Positions 1-8,129 of a stretch of DNA of 34,674 nt are shown here, in pieces. Source of the DNA: Nanobdellota archaeon (GTDB lineage: Archaea > Nanobdellota > Nanobdellia > Woesearchaeales > GW2011-AR9); NCBI GenBank assembly GCA_018812765.1, contig JAHJDB010000048.1:1-34674 (forward strand). The letters are read 5' to 3'. The position numbers and the translations under genes are program-made. Position 1 is the first letter of the stretch, and every line of letters begins with the position of its first letter. Below the pieces are notes generated by a model, which worked only from the letters and a program-made list of their open reading frames with translations, ran no database searches and had not been told where the DNA came from.

Positions 1-116
1 ATATTGGAAAGATTATATTATAATTAAAGTTCTGATTAGAAAGTTTTATTTAAGGGTTTCGTAAGGTATTGAATATTAATGGCTGTTCAAGATATTGGGT
101 TCAGAATACAGAAAAG

Positions 117-128
117 TATATAAATAAA
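117..128 (+). promoter_or_regulatory. TATA-like box upstream of PRC-barrel gene
   Basis: TATATAAATAAA lies about 40 nt upstream of ATG 168. A GAGGTG SD-like motif at 153-158 falls in the predicted short leader. Confidence 0.35.
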
Positions 129-167
129 GATTAATTTAAATATTTTAGTTGTGAGGTGGTTATTATT

Positions 168-440
168 ATGCTTAAGATGAAAAAAATTTCAGAGACGTAC
201 GATTTAAAAGTTTTCACTGACGCAGGCGACTATTTTGGAGATATCGAAGATTGTATCCTCCAAGGAAATAAAGTTTCTGGCTGGAAGATTAGAGCTACAA
301 AAAACTCTTTTTTAAGCAGAGTTTTAGGAAGCGCTAAAGGAGTAATTGTACCACACCAGTTGGTTAATTCTATCGGAGACATTTTCTTAATATCAAAGAA
401 TGCTGCTCCTGCTGGCCATACAGAAGAAGGAGAAGAGTGA
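168..440 (+). CDS. PRC-barrel domain protein
   Basis: The ORF track starts at GTG 156, but ATG 168 sits about 9 nt after GAGGTG. The small size and sequence (KVFTDAGDYFGDIEDCILQGNKVSGWKI..GVIVPHQLV) resemble archaeal stand-alone PRC-barrel proteins. Confidence 0.55.
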   Translation: MLKMKKISETYDLKVFTDAGDYFGDIEDCILQGNKVSGWKIRATKNSFLSRVLGSAKGVIVPHQLVNSIGDIFLISKNAAPAGHTEEGEE

Positions 441-629
441 ACATCCAAAAGTATTATCAGGATTTGTTGAACTATCAATATATTCAAGGTAGTCTTGATG
501 AGCTTGAACTTGTTTTGCTAATTGCAGCTTAGGGGGATGCTTTTCCGCACTTTTATGATTGTTATTATTTTCTTTTATTAATTCGAAAGTTATTTAAACA
601 TAAAATTCTTTATTATAACAGAGGCAAAG

Positions 630-1910
630 ATGGATGTAATAACTTTAACCCTGTTAGCAATAAGCTTAATCATAGTTTTTGGTTTCTTCGCCGAGTTGCT
701 TTTTCGTAAATTAAGCATTCCTGACGTCTTATTTTTGATTATTTTGGGGTTTGTCCTTGGACCAAACGTCTTGAATTATGTCTCTGCAGAAAGTTTAGGT
801 AGAATAGCGCCGGTCTTTACAACTTTCACCTTAATGTTCTTGATATTTGACGGAGCTTTCAACATACATCTTTCTACATTAATTCGGGAGTTTTCAAATA
901 GTTTAGTCTTGACATCTTATAATTTTGTTCTTTCATCATTGTTAATAACTTTGATTTTTTATGTTGCAGGTATTTGGATGGGCGGTTTTTCTTTTTTGAC
1001 TTCTTTATTAGTGGGATTTTTGTTAGGGGGAGTTTCATCGTCATTTTCCATCCCTATCCTTAGACAACTTAAAATATCTCCCAGATTATATTCTTTACTT
1101 ACACTTGAATCTGCTTTAACAGATGTTTTTTGTATCGTCTTTTCACTAACTATAATCAAGCTAATCCAGCTTGGTTCTTTTGGAGTACAGGCAACGGCAG
1201 TACAAATAATCTCTCAATTTGCTATTGGTGGTTTGATCGGAATAGTAGCCGGAATAATTTGGGCTTTCTTGGTATTGAAAGTGTTCAAGGAACATAATTA
1301 TATGGTTGCTATCGCTTATTTGATTTTTGTATATGTCTTAGCAGAATTTTTGAAAGGCAGCGGAGCAATCGCCGCCTTATTTTTTGGCTTAGTCTTAAAA
1401 AATTCTAAACAGCTTTCTTCAATCCTGGTGGGGTTGAAATCTACCAGAGCTATTGAAAAGAGAAAAGCATTAAGGGGGGATTTAGGCGTTTCTATAACGA
1501 CTCCTTCAGAACAATATTTTTATCATCAAATTTCCTTTTTTGTAAAAACATTTTTCTTTGTTTATATCGGAGTATTGATAAATCTGTCTGATTGGAAAGC
1601 GCTGTTATTAGGGGGACTAATCTCTTTTACAATCATGGGTTCAAGGATGACTTCGTTGCTGCTTACCAGAAAGATGGAACCAGGAGGGGAAGATTTAATA
1701 AACGCGGTGTTTGCTAGAGGGTTAGCTGCAGCCGCAATAGCCCAAACAGCAGTATTAGCGGGGTTGAATCACGCCGCATTTATTTCCAAAGTAACTTATG
1801 TTGTAATCACAGGAACAATAATCTTAAGCTCAATAAAAGTATTCATAGTTAAAAGGAAGATTCCGGTGAAAAAAGAGGGTAAACCTGTGAAGAAAGAGGG
1901 CAAAAAATGA
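630..1910 (+). CDS. Na+/H+ (cation:proton) antiporter, CPA1/NhaP-like
   Basis: 426 aa and polytopic, hydrophobic throughout. Resembles the sodium/hydrogen exchanger family (LPDVLFLIILGFVLGP, ESALTDVF). GAGG lies 5 nt upstream of the ATG. The C-terminus has a duplicated PVKKEGK. Confidence 0.8.
   Translation: MDVITLTLLAISLIIVFGFFAELLFRKLSIPDVLFLIILGFVLGPNVLNYVSAESLGRIAPVFTTFTLMFLIFDGAFNIHLSTLIREFSNSLVLTSYNFVLSSLLITLIFYVAGIWMGGFSFLTSLLVGFLLGGVSSSFSIPILRQLKISPRLYSLLTLESALTDVFCIVFSLTIIKLIQLGSFGVQATAVQIISQFAIGGLIGIVAGIIWAFLVLKVFKEHNYMVAIAYLIFVYVLAEFLKGSGAIAALFFGLVLKNSKQLSSILVGLKSTRAIEKRKALRGDLGVSITTPSEQYFYHQISFFVKTFFFVYIGVLINLSDWKALLLGGLISFTIMGSRMTSLLLTRKMEPGGEDLINAVFARGLAAAAIAQTAVLAGLNHAAFISKVTYVVITGTIILSSIKVFIVKRKIPVKKEGKPVKKEGKK
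1863..1904 (+). repeat. Tandem 21-nt coding duplication (PVKKEGK x2) at the antiporter C-terminus
   Basis: CCGGTGAAAAAAGAGGGTAAA is followed by CCTGTGAAGAAAGAGGGCAAA. The second copy places GAGGG about 7 nt upstream of the MscS ATG at 1907. Confidence 0.8.
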
Positions 1911-2965
1911 AAGAATGGATTACTAATTTGTTGGGAAGATTACCTTATTCAAATTATTTAGAGAATAAATATATCTTGTCTTTATTAATTTTAATTACCT
2001 TTGTTTTGTTGGCAAAATTAGTCTTATTTATATTTGTACATTATTTCAAGAAGATTGCATCAAAAACTAAGACTAACGTTGATGATTTAATATTTGAAAG
2101 GACGGAAAAGCCGATATTCTTATTGATACTTGCTTATGGATTGAAGATAGCAGTATTAAATCTAGGAGTCAATGAGATCGTGACAAAAATCATTAATTCA
2201 ATCATGGCTTTAGTTTTCGTGCTGGTTATTATCAGGATTTTTGATATCATCATCGAAGCTTGGGGGATGACGTTTGCCAAGAAAACAAAGACAAATGTTG
2301 ATGATGTCTTAATGCCTTTGTTTCAGAAAGGGATCAGGGTAATTTTCTTTGTCATTGCCGTGATGTGGATTTTACACACTTGGGAGATTAACATTACTCC
2401 TTATTTAGCAGGTGCAGGTATTGCTGGTTTAGTCTTAGGTATGGCTTTACAAGACTCCTTAAAAAACATTATTGGAGGGGTAACTCTTCTATTAGACAAG
2501 ACCTATAAGGTTGGTGATAAGGTAAAGTTAGAGTCTGGAGAAGTGGGTATAATCCATGATATTGGATTAAGGAGCACAAAGTTATTGACCTTTGATAATG
2601 AAGCGGTCTATATCCCTAACGGTTATTTGGCCAATTCAAGAGTTTTAAATTATACTAGACCAAATCCAAAAGTAAGGGTAACAGTTAATTTTGGGGTTGA
2701 GTATGGTAATAATATAGAAAAAGTAAGAAAAGTGGTTTTAAGTGTAATCAACAAGATGGAAGGGATCTTGGAGGAACCGGCCCCAAGTGTTCAGTTTTTA
2801 GAGATGGGTAATTTTTCTTTAAGCTTTGCAGCTAGATTCTGGGTAGAAAAATGGGACAAATCCTGGGATAAGAAATTAGAAGCTACCCAAAATATCTATG
2901 ATGCTTTGAATAAAGCAAAGATAAACATACCTTTCCCAACTCAGACTATTTACTTAAAGAAATGA
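1907..2965 (+). CDS. MscS-family mechanosensitive ion channel
   Basis: Pore-helix signature GAGIAGLVLGMALQDSLKNIIGGVTLLLDK followed by a beta-domain (YKVGDKVKL..GEVGIIHDIGLRST). The KTKTNVDD motif is duplicated in the N-terminal TM region. The start overlaps the antiporter stop (ATGA). Confidence 0.85.
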   Translation: MKEWITNLLGRLPYSNYLENKYILSLLILITFVLLAKLVLFIFVHYFKKIASKTKTNVDDLIFERTEKPIFLLILAYGLKIAVLNLGVNEIVTKIINSIMALVFVLVIIRIFDIIIEAWGMTFAKKTKTNVDDVLMPLFQKGIRVIFFVIAVMWILHTWEINITPYLAGAGIAGLVLGMALQDSLKNIIGGVTLLLDKTYKVGDKVKLESGEVGIIHDIGLRSTKLLTFDNEAVYIPNGYLANSRVLNYTRPNPKVRVTVNFGVEYGNNIEKVRKVVLSVINKMEGILEEPAPSVQFLEMGNFSLSFAARFWVEKWDKSWDKKLEATQNIYDALNKAKINIPFPTQTIYLKK

Positions 2966-2994
2966 GTTAGAAGAAGAGTTGAATTAAACTTTAA

Positions 2995-3032
2995 TTTTTT
3001 TTATTTTTTAGATTAGTTTTCAATTTTTTTTT
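2995..3032 (+). terminator. Oligo-T tracts downstream of the MscS gene
   Basis: T8-A-T6 at 2995-3009 and T9 at 3024-3032. Archaeal termination typically occurs at oligo-T runs. Confidence 0.5.
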
Positions 3033-3122
3033 CAAACAAAAAATTCTTTTATGACTTTTCAAAAGCCTTTTTATGTAACGGAGTGCCGATAAATTATTAA
3101 AACAAATTAATTTTAGAATGAT

Positions 3123-3314
3123 ATGGATTTATTTTCAATAATTGGGTTGATCATTGTCGTTTTGGTGGTTTTATCTTTAGGGAAGATCATGTCCCACCTT
3201 TTAAGGTTCTTATTTTATGCTTTATTAGGAGCTTTAGTATTAGTATTCTTTTTTGATATATCTTTAAACAATATCATAGATTGGTTAAGTAGTTTAGTTC
3301 TCTGGGCATTTTGA
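3123..3314 (+). CDS. Small hypothetical membrane protein (two predicted TM helices)
   Basis: 63-aa ORF made almost entirely of two hydrophobic segments. It sits alone in an intergenic gap and no homology was recognised. Confidence 0.35.
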   Translation: MDLFSIIGLIIVVLVVLSLGKIMSHLLRFLFYALLGALVLVFFFDISLNNIIDWLSSLVLWAF

Positions 3315-3333
3315 TGTTTGAAGATAGATAAAA

Positions 3334-3342
3334 CTTATAAAG
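3334..3342 (+). promoter_or_regulatory. TATA box of the rfcS gene (leaderless-type spacing)
   Basis: CTTATAAAG is centred about 27 nt upstream of ATG 3365, with no SD between them. Confidence 0.5.
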
Positions 3343-3364
3343 TATTGTCATCCTGAAATTAATC

Positions 3365-4321
3365 ATGACTTCATCTATCTGGACAGAGAAATACAGGCCG
3401 AGTAATTTTCAAGAAATCAAGGGGCAGAAAGAGATAGTTGCAAAAATAAAAGCTTTTGTTGAAGCTGGAAGTATGCCCCATCTGCTTTTTTCTGGTCCAG
3501 CCGGAGTAGGAAAGACAACCCTTTCTTTAGTTATAGCTAAACAATTATTTGGGGAGAACTGGAAACAGAATACTTTGGAATTAAATGCTTCAGATGAAAG
3601 AGGGATAGACGTAGTCAGAGTTAAGGTAAAGGACTTTGCCAGGACGAGGTCTATTGGCGATGTTCCGTTCAAATTAATCTATCTAGACGAAAGTGATGCT
3701 CTTACAAGAGATGCACAACAAGCTTTACGGAGAACGATGGAAAATTATACTAAAACTTGCAGATTTATCCTTTCTTGCAATTATTCTTCGAAAATCATCG
3801 ATCCGATTCAGAGCAGATGCGCTGTATTCAGGTTTAAGCCGCTGGCAGAAGAAGATATCTTTGAGATGGTTGAGAAAATCGCTGAAACAGAAGGGTTAAC
3901 CATAAATGAAGAAGTAAAAAAAGCTCTCTTTGATGTTTGTAATGGGGATTGTCGGAGACTGGAAAATATCATGCAAAGCTGTGCAGTCATTGGTAAAGAA
4001 ATAACTCCTGAAGCAGTATATTCAATGGCTTCAGTAGCAAAGCCAAAAGAAGTCAATGAAGTATTAAGCGTTGCTGCAACTGGAAATTTCTTGGAAAGTA
4101 GAAAGAAGCTGCTTAATCTGATGTTAGACTATGGTCTTTCAGGGTTAGATATCATCAAGCAGATCCAGAAAGAGATCTGGAACTTGAATTTTGATGATCG
4201 AAAAAAAGTAGAATTGGTTGACAAATGCGGAGAGACTGAATTTAGGATGGTCGAAGGCAGTGATGAATATATTCAGTTGGAAAGTTTCTTGGCGTATGTT
4301 GTTTTGGTAGGAAAATCTTGA
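3365..4321 (+). CDS. rfcS: Replication factor C small subunit
   Basis: N-terminal WTEKYRP box, Walker A GPAGVGKTT, Walker B LDESDALT, SRC motif QSRCAVFRF. Length is typical at 318 aa. Confidence 0.92.
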   Translation: MTSSIWTEKYRPSNFQEIKGQKEIVAKIKAFVEAGSMPHLLFSGPAGVGKTTLSLVIAKQLFGENWKQNTLELNASDERGIDVVRVKVKDFARTRSIGDVPFKLIYLDESDALTRDAQQALRRTMENYTKTCRFILSCNYSSKIIDPIQSRCAVFRFKPLAEEDIFEMVEKIAETEGLTINEEVKKALFDVCNGDCRRLENIMQSCAVIGKEITPEAVYSMASVAKPKEVNEVLSVAATGNFLESRKKLLNLMLDYGLSGLDIIKQIQKEIWNLNFDDRKKVELVDKCGETEFRMVEGSDEYIQLESFLAYVVLVGKS

Positions 4322-4324
4322 ACT

Positions 4325-4903
4325 TTAGAGATTATCAAGAACATTTCTTTTTTTCAACTCAAAAAAACATCTAGCACAGGCTTCAACATCATTTAAAGCG
4401 TTATGGGCATTCTTGAAATCTTCTTCAAAAAGAATGGTGTGAAGTTCAGAAAGAGTGGGCCATTTATACCCTTTTTTACTGGGAAGCCTGCAAAATTCGG
4501 TGGAAATTTCTTTGGTACAGATCCTGGGTTTATCAAAAAGAGTGTGTTTCATCTCTTCACGTAAAAATTCAGCACCAAGGATTTTCTCATCAAAGGAGAT
4601 GTTATGAGCAATGACTTGTTTAGATTCTGTTAAAGCAGTTGAGAACTTTTCTAAAGCCTTTCTTAAAGGAACCCCTTCCCAGTAGGCTCTTTCTGTAGAG
4701 ATGCCATGAATCTTTTCAACATCCTTGGGAATGATAAATCCTTCAGGTCTAATGATATGGTTGCTTCTTTCAACCTCATTTCCAGAATGATCATACAAGA
4801 TCCAGGCTAACTGAACAAGTCTGGGCCAGTTGTCTAGATCAGATAACGGAGCCTTCCACCTCTTGGGCAGCCCTGTTGTTTCAGTGTCAAAAAACAGGTA
4901 CAT
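4325..4903 (-). CDS. DEDDh 3'-5' exonuclease (DnaQ/epsilon-like)
   Basis: Exo I FFDTETTGL, Exo II HNISFDEKIL, Exo III HNALNDVEA. The stop codon lies 3 nt from the convergent rfcS stop. Confidence 0.8.
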   Translation of the reverse strand: MYLFFDTETTGLPKRWKAPLSDLDNWPRLVQLAWILYDHSGNEVERSNHIIRPEGFIIPKDVEKIHGISTERAYWEGVPLRKALEKFSTALTESKQVIAHNISFDEKILGAEFLREEMKHTLFDKPRICTKEISTEFCRLPSKKGYKWPTLSELHTILFEEDFKNAHNALNDVEACARCFFELKKRNVLDNL

Positions 4904-4923
4904 CTTTTTAGTCTGAGAGTTAT

Positions 4924-4934
4924 GATTAATAAAG
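4924..4934 (-). promoter_or_regulatory. TATA-like box for the exonuclease gene
   Basis: The minus strand reads CTTTATTAATC, centred about 26 nt upstream of the ATG at 4903. Confidence 0.35.
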
Positions 4935-5022
4935 AAATCTTTTGTTGAGAATATAAAAGAACTCTGGAATTGTTAATTTTCCAGAGAACTCGAAAAATTA
5001 TTATCACTAATTTTAAAGTAAA

Positions 5023-5283
5023 TTATCGGAAAGAGATTATTTGATAACCGTATTTTTCAACATCTTCTTTAGGCCAGAAGGAAACATCTCTGGTTTTCAG
5101 GACATAAGATACTTTTTTTTCAAGAACTCTCCCAGTATATTGTTTTGATTCGGGATCCCATTCTCTTAAAACTAAAATATCTTTGGCCTTGCACTCAAAA
5201 TCAGCTAGACGCAATTCAAAATTCTTATCACCATCAAGAATTTTCTGAAAGAATTTGGGCCAGACTTTCTTTTCAATGATCAT
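5023..5283 (-). CDS. ASCH-like / DUF3850-like small protein
   Basis: 86 aa. The pattern WPKFFQKILDGDKNFELRLADF..DILVLREWD matches the ASCH-fold DUF3850 family as recalled from memory. Confidence 0.55.
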   Translation of the reverse strand: MIIEKKVWPKFFQKILDGDKNFELRLADFECKAKDILVLREWDPESKQYTGRVLEKKVSYVLKTRDVSFWPKEDVEKYGYQIISFR

Positions 5284-5303
5284 AAAAATATGTTTTTAGC
5301 TTA

Positions 5304-5313
5304 ATTTATAAAT
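5304..5313 (-). promoter_or_regulatory. TATA box for the 5023..5283 gene
   Basis: ATTTATAAAT is centred about 25 nt upstream of the ATG at 5283. Confidence 0.45.
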
Positions 5314-5403
5314 TTTCGTTAATAAAATTTTTTAAAAATGTTATCTTTGATTAAATTAAAACTAAAATAAAAAGCAATAAGATAAAAAAAGAGTAAAAAA
5401 AGT

Positions 5404-6303
5404 TTAATTAGAGCTTTGTTTCATCCTGAGTTTTTCTTGGACGATTTCTCTATACTTGTAATCAAAAGTAAGCTTGATCTGTTTTGTGGAAAGAGAATCC
5501 TTGGCTAAGGGTTCTTTTAGTTTACAGATAATCTCTGCTTCTTCTTCAACAAGCTTTGCTTCGCCAACCTTACCGCCAGACTTACATTCCCAATCCGGAT
5601 CGTCAACAGTATAAGAAAGTTGGTTCCTGATTCCAAATTCTCCTCCTGGCAGAGTTACTTTCCCTTTGCCGACATTACTAATTTTTATCTTTAAAGCCAT
5701 AATGCCTTTTCCAGCAGTTTCTTCTTCAACACCGGTTATGGTTACAGGAGCGCCGGAAACAAAATAGGTTTTAGGTTCTTGAACAGTACAAACTCGTTCG
5801 TCAGTAAGATCTTCTTTCAAACAGACTTCTGGGATAATCAGGAAAGTATTGTAACGGTAGTCTACGTTAGCAAACCATTCCCGGTCACTTACACCACTGA
5901 CTTTACTTTTATATTTAGCATCGGAAGCAAAGGAAACAGTTTCTTCTCCTCCTTGAGGAATAAATTCCGAAATTGCTTCTAACACCCCTTTATTATTTAA
6001 CTGCCAAGAAGCGATGCCAGAAAATTCGTCTTGGGAGGGACCAAGAAGCTTTACGGTAATTTCTCCTTGTTTAATTTCGTACTCTCCGTTATTACGTAAA
6101 GTAACTTCTAAAGGGAATGTTTCTTCATCAAAAATAGTATAAACACTTTCTTCTTCAACACCAAAAGCTTCAAATTCAGCTACTACTCCTTTGTCTCCGC
6201 CAATAAATGCTCCTTTAGCGGTTGGTTGTTGACTTTCACCACAAGAAGTAAGCAGCAGTAAGCTTAAGACTAAGATTGGAATTAATATTGCTTTTTTCAT
6301 CAT
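5404..6303 (-). CDS. Secreted lipobox protein, function unknown (paralog of 6358..7311)
   Basis: Signal peptide plus lipobox MMKKAILIPILVLSLLLLTSC. The remainder looks beta-rich. Conserved blocks are shared with the upstream gene. AGAGGT SD-like motif lies before the ATG. Confidence 0.6.
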   Translation of the reverse strand: MMKKAILIPILVLSLLLLTSCGESQQPTAKGAFIGGDKGVVAEFEAFGVEEESVYTIFDEETFPLEVTLRNNGEYEIKQGEITVKLLGPSQDEFSGIASWQLNNKGVLEAISEFIPQGGEETVSFASDAKYKSKVSGVSDREWFANVDYRYNTFLIIPEVCLKEDLTDERVCTVQEPKTYFVSGAPVTITGVEEETAGKGIMALKIKISNVGKGKVTLPGGEFGIRNQLSYTVDDPDWECKSGGKVGEAKLVEEEAEIICKLKEPLAKDSLSTKQIKLTFDYKYREIVQEKLRMKQSSN

Positions 6304-6357
6304 CGGGACCTCTTTTAGGTTATTATAATAAGATTAATTGAGAATAGTATTTAAAGT

Positions 6358-7311
6358 TTACTGGGGGGTCTGGATGATTCGGACAGATTTCTTTTGTGAT
6401 TGGACATAAGAATAATCTAAATTTATCAATAAAGGGGTTTCGAAAGCAGACACTCCAGAAATGCTAAAAGTACAAATTATTTTTCCTTGTCCGCTAGTTA
6501 ACCTTACAAAACCATCGTTAGGTCGGCAGCTAATCTTTCCACCACTAGACATTTCCACATTATAAGCTAAACGATCAAGATCCGTATACTCTAATGATGC
6601 TTGTCCACAATTTTGAATATTAGCATAAGGGCTTAAAACCCGCCCTATTCCTTGATTTCGGACATTTATCTCAAATATTGCTTTATCTCCGATCATATCA
6701 ACACCAACGTAAGTGATTCCAACCGGTCCGCCTTGGCCTCCAGGAGTAAGAACATCCATTGGTTTACAAGTCTTCTGTTCAGAAGTAACTTGATAAAATA
6801 AAGGATCAACACAGACTGAGGGGCTAGCTAGAGTGTGATAATTATAACAAGTTAAAAAATTTAAAGTAGGATTGTAATCAGTCAAGCCTAAGGGAAGATT
6901 GACAGAAGAAGTAAATTCAAGGATATTAGAACTGCCATCGGTATTGTAGACACTTTTTCCTTCTAAAACACCAACATTTTCTGCACAAGATCTAGGGCTG
7001 TTGAATCCACCCAAGATGATATTAGGATCAAACCCAGTAATTTGGACAAAACAGTCCTGGGCTTGTAGATTGTGGCTGCCTTTATTTTTTACTTCTACTA
7101 AAGCCAGAAGCTCGTTCTGGTCATAACTTACGGCGGGTGGCGAATCCGGAAGCAAAGACATTTCCACTCCTTGTGTTCCGGTTTTAACTGCTTGTAAGGC
7201 TACAAGTGTATCAGAAGGTTTTTCTCCTGCTGAGGGGCTTGGTGAACAGGAAACTAAGAATAAGGAGAATGCCATTAAAATGATTAGGAATAATTTCAGG
7301 CTCTTTTTCAT
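6358..7311 (-). CDS. Secreted Cys-rich lipobox protein, function unknown (paralog of 5404..6303)
   Basis: Signal peptide plus lipobox MKKSLKLFLIILMAFSLFLVSC. I count 9 Cys. Blocks such as IFEINVRNQGIGRV and INLDYSYVQ align to ALKIKISNVGKGKV and LTFDYKYRE of the neighbour. Confidence 0.6.
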   Translation of the reverse strand: MKKSLKLFLIILMAFSLFLVSCSPSPSAGEKPSDTLVALQAVKTGTQGVEMSLLPDSPPAVSYDQNELLALVEVKNKGSHNLQAQDCFVQITGFDPNIILGGFNSPRSCAENVGVLEGKSVYNTDGSSNILEFTSSVNLPLGLTDYNPTLNFLTCYNYHTLASPSVCVDPLFYQVTSEQKTCKPMDVLTPGGQGGPVGITYVGVDMIGDKAIFEINVRNQGIGRVLSPYANIQNCGQASLEYTDLDRLAYNVEMSSGGKISCRPNDGFVRLTSGQGKIICTFSISGVSAFETPLLINLDYSYVQSQKKSVRIIQTPQ

Positions 7312-7327
7312 TGGAGATATGTAATTA

Positions 7328-7341
7328 TTTTATTTATATAA
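7328..7341 (-). promoter_or_regulatory. TATA box for the lipoprotein pair
   Basis: The minus strand reads TTATATAAATAAAA, centred about 25 nt upstream of the ATG at 7311. Confidence 0.45.
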
Positions 7342-7387
7342 GCTTTTTGGTAAGATAAACCAGACAAATTCAATTCTAATCAGTAAA

Positions 7388-7399
7388 CTTTTTATAATC
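7388..7399 (+). promoter_or_regulatory. TATA box for the ferredoxin gene
   Basis: CTTTTTATAATC is centred about 28 nt upstream of ATG 7422, with no SD. Confidence 0.45.
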
Positions 7400-7421
7400 A
7401 AAGCTGATTCTAACTGAAAAA

Positions 7422-7664
7422 ATGGTAAATATAAAAATTAAGCATTACAAGAATGACTGTATTAGCTGTGGAGCTTGTGCTGCAGTCTGTCCTGATTTTT
7501 GGAAGATGGATGAAGAAGGATTTGCTCAATTAAAGGATTCTAAGTTAGTTGATGACCATTGGGAATTAAACATCAGTACTTTGGAAGCAAAAACCTGCAA
7601 TGAAGAAGCTGCAGAAGTCTGTCCGGTACAAATAATCAAATTAGAAGAAATCAAGAAAAAGTGA
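7422..7664 (+). CDS. Small single-cluster ferredoxin (4Fe-4S/3Fe-4S type)
   Basis: CISCGACAAVCP motif plus a distal C..CP (CNEEAAEVCP). At 80 aa it resembles Pyrococcus-type monocluster ferredoxins. Confidence 0.8.
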   Translation: MVNIKIKHYKNDCISCGACAAVCPDFWKMDEEGFAQLKDSKLVDDHWELNISTLEAKTCNEEAAEVCPVQIIKLEEIKKK

Positions 7665-7720
7665 TTAATTTTAATAATTCTAGATTCTTAAAGTAAGTTT
7701 AAAAATAGAAATTTTTAAAA

Positions 7721-7999
7721 TTATAAATGGTGCTGTTTTCTTAAAGCATCATGAAAATTAACTACGTGATGTCTTATTCTATTCAATAAGAGGTTGTGCT
7801 TTTTCATAAGACTTTTGATGTCTTCTGTTGCCTGGCGATGTCTTTTGAGGTGTTTTTCTTTTTTTCTTTCGTTAGAAGTTTTGGAATGTTTTGTGGCATG
7901 CTTCTCAGCTTTATGGCTTAACCGTTTCATCTCCTTATTTATTTTGGTTAATTTTTTAGAGTAAAGATAAAGGTAAGCAGCCTCTTTGGAAATATTCAT
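7721..7999 (-). CDS. Highly basic Lys/His/Arg-rich small protein, function unknown
   Basis: 92 aa and probably helical, with many K/R/H (KHATKHSKTSNERKKEKHLKRHRQ). It has its own TATA box at 8022-8030. Confidence 0.45.
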   Translation of the reverse strand: MNISKEAAYLYLYSKKLTKINKEMKRLSHKAEKHATKHSKTSNERKKEKHLKRHRQATEDIKSLMKKHNLLLNRIRHHVVNFHDALRKQHHL

Positions 8000-8021
8000 A
8001 TCACCAAGAATTATTTTATTG

Positions 8022-8030
8022 TTTATAAAA
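8022..8030 (-). promoter_or_regulatory. TATA box for the 7721..7999 gene
   Basis: The minus strand reads CTTTTATAAAC, centred about 27 nt upstream of the ATG at 7999. Confidence 0.45.
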
Positions 8031-8129
8031 GTTCTTTAGCTTTTATTACTTGCTGGGTCTAATACCTTGTTGCTTGCTGTGAAATGAGTGTAGCGAACGA
8101 GGGGAAAGGTGATTTTAGGATTTTTAGGG

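Noticed and set aside
230-487. 85-aa minus-strand ORF overlapping the PRC-barrel gene
   Set aside because: The plus-strand ORF has an SD-like site and recognisable PRC-barrel-like sequence. The minus-strand product has no features and no promoter at proper spacing.
3409-4056. ORFs 3409..3672(-), 3693..3899(+) and 3808..4056(-) within rfcS
   Set aside because: They are nested inside the RFC small-subunit gene, whose Walker A, Walker B and SRC motifs are intact in the annotated frame.
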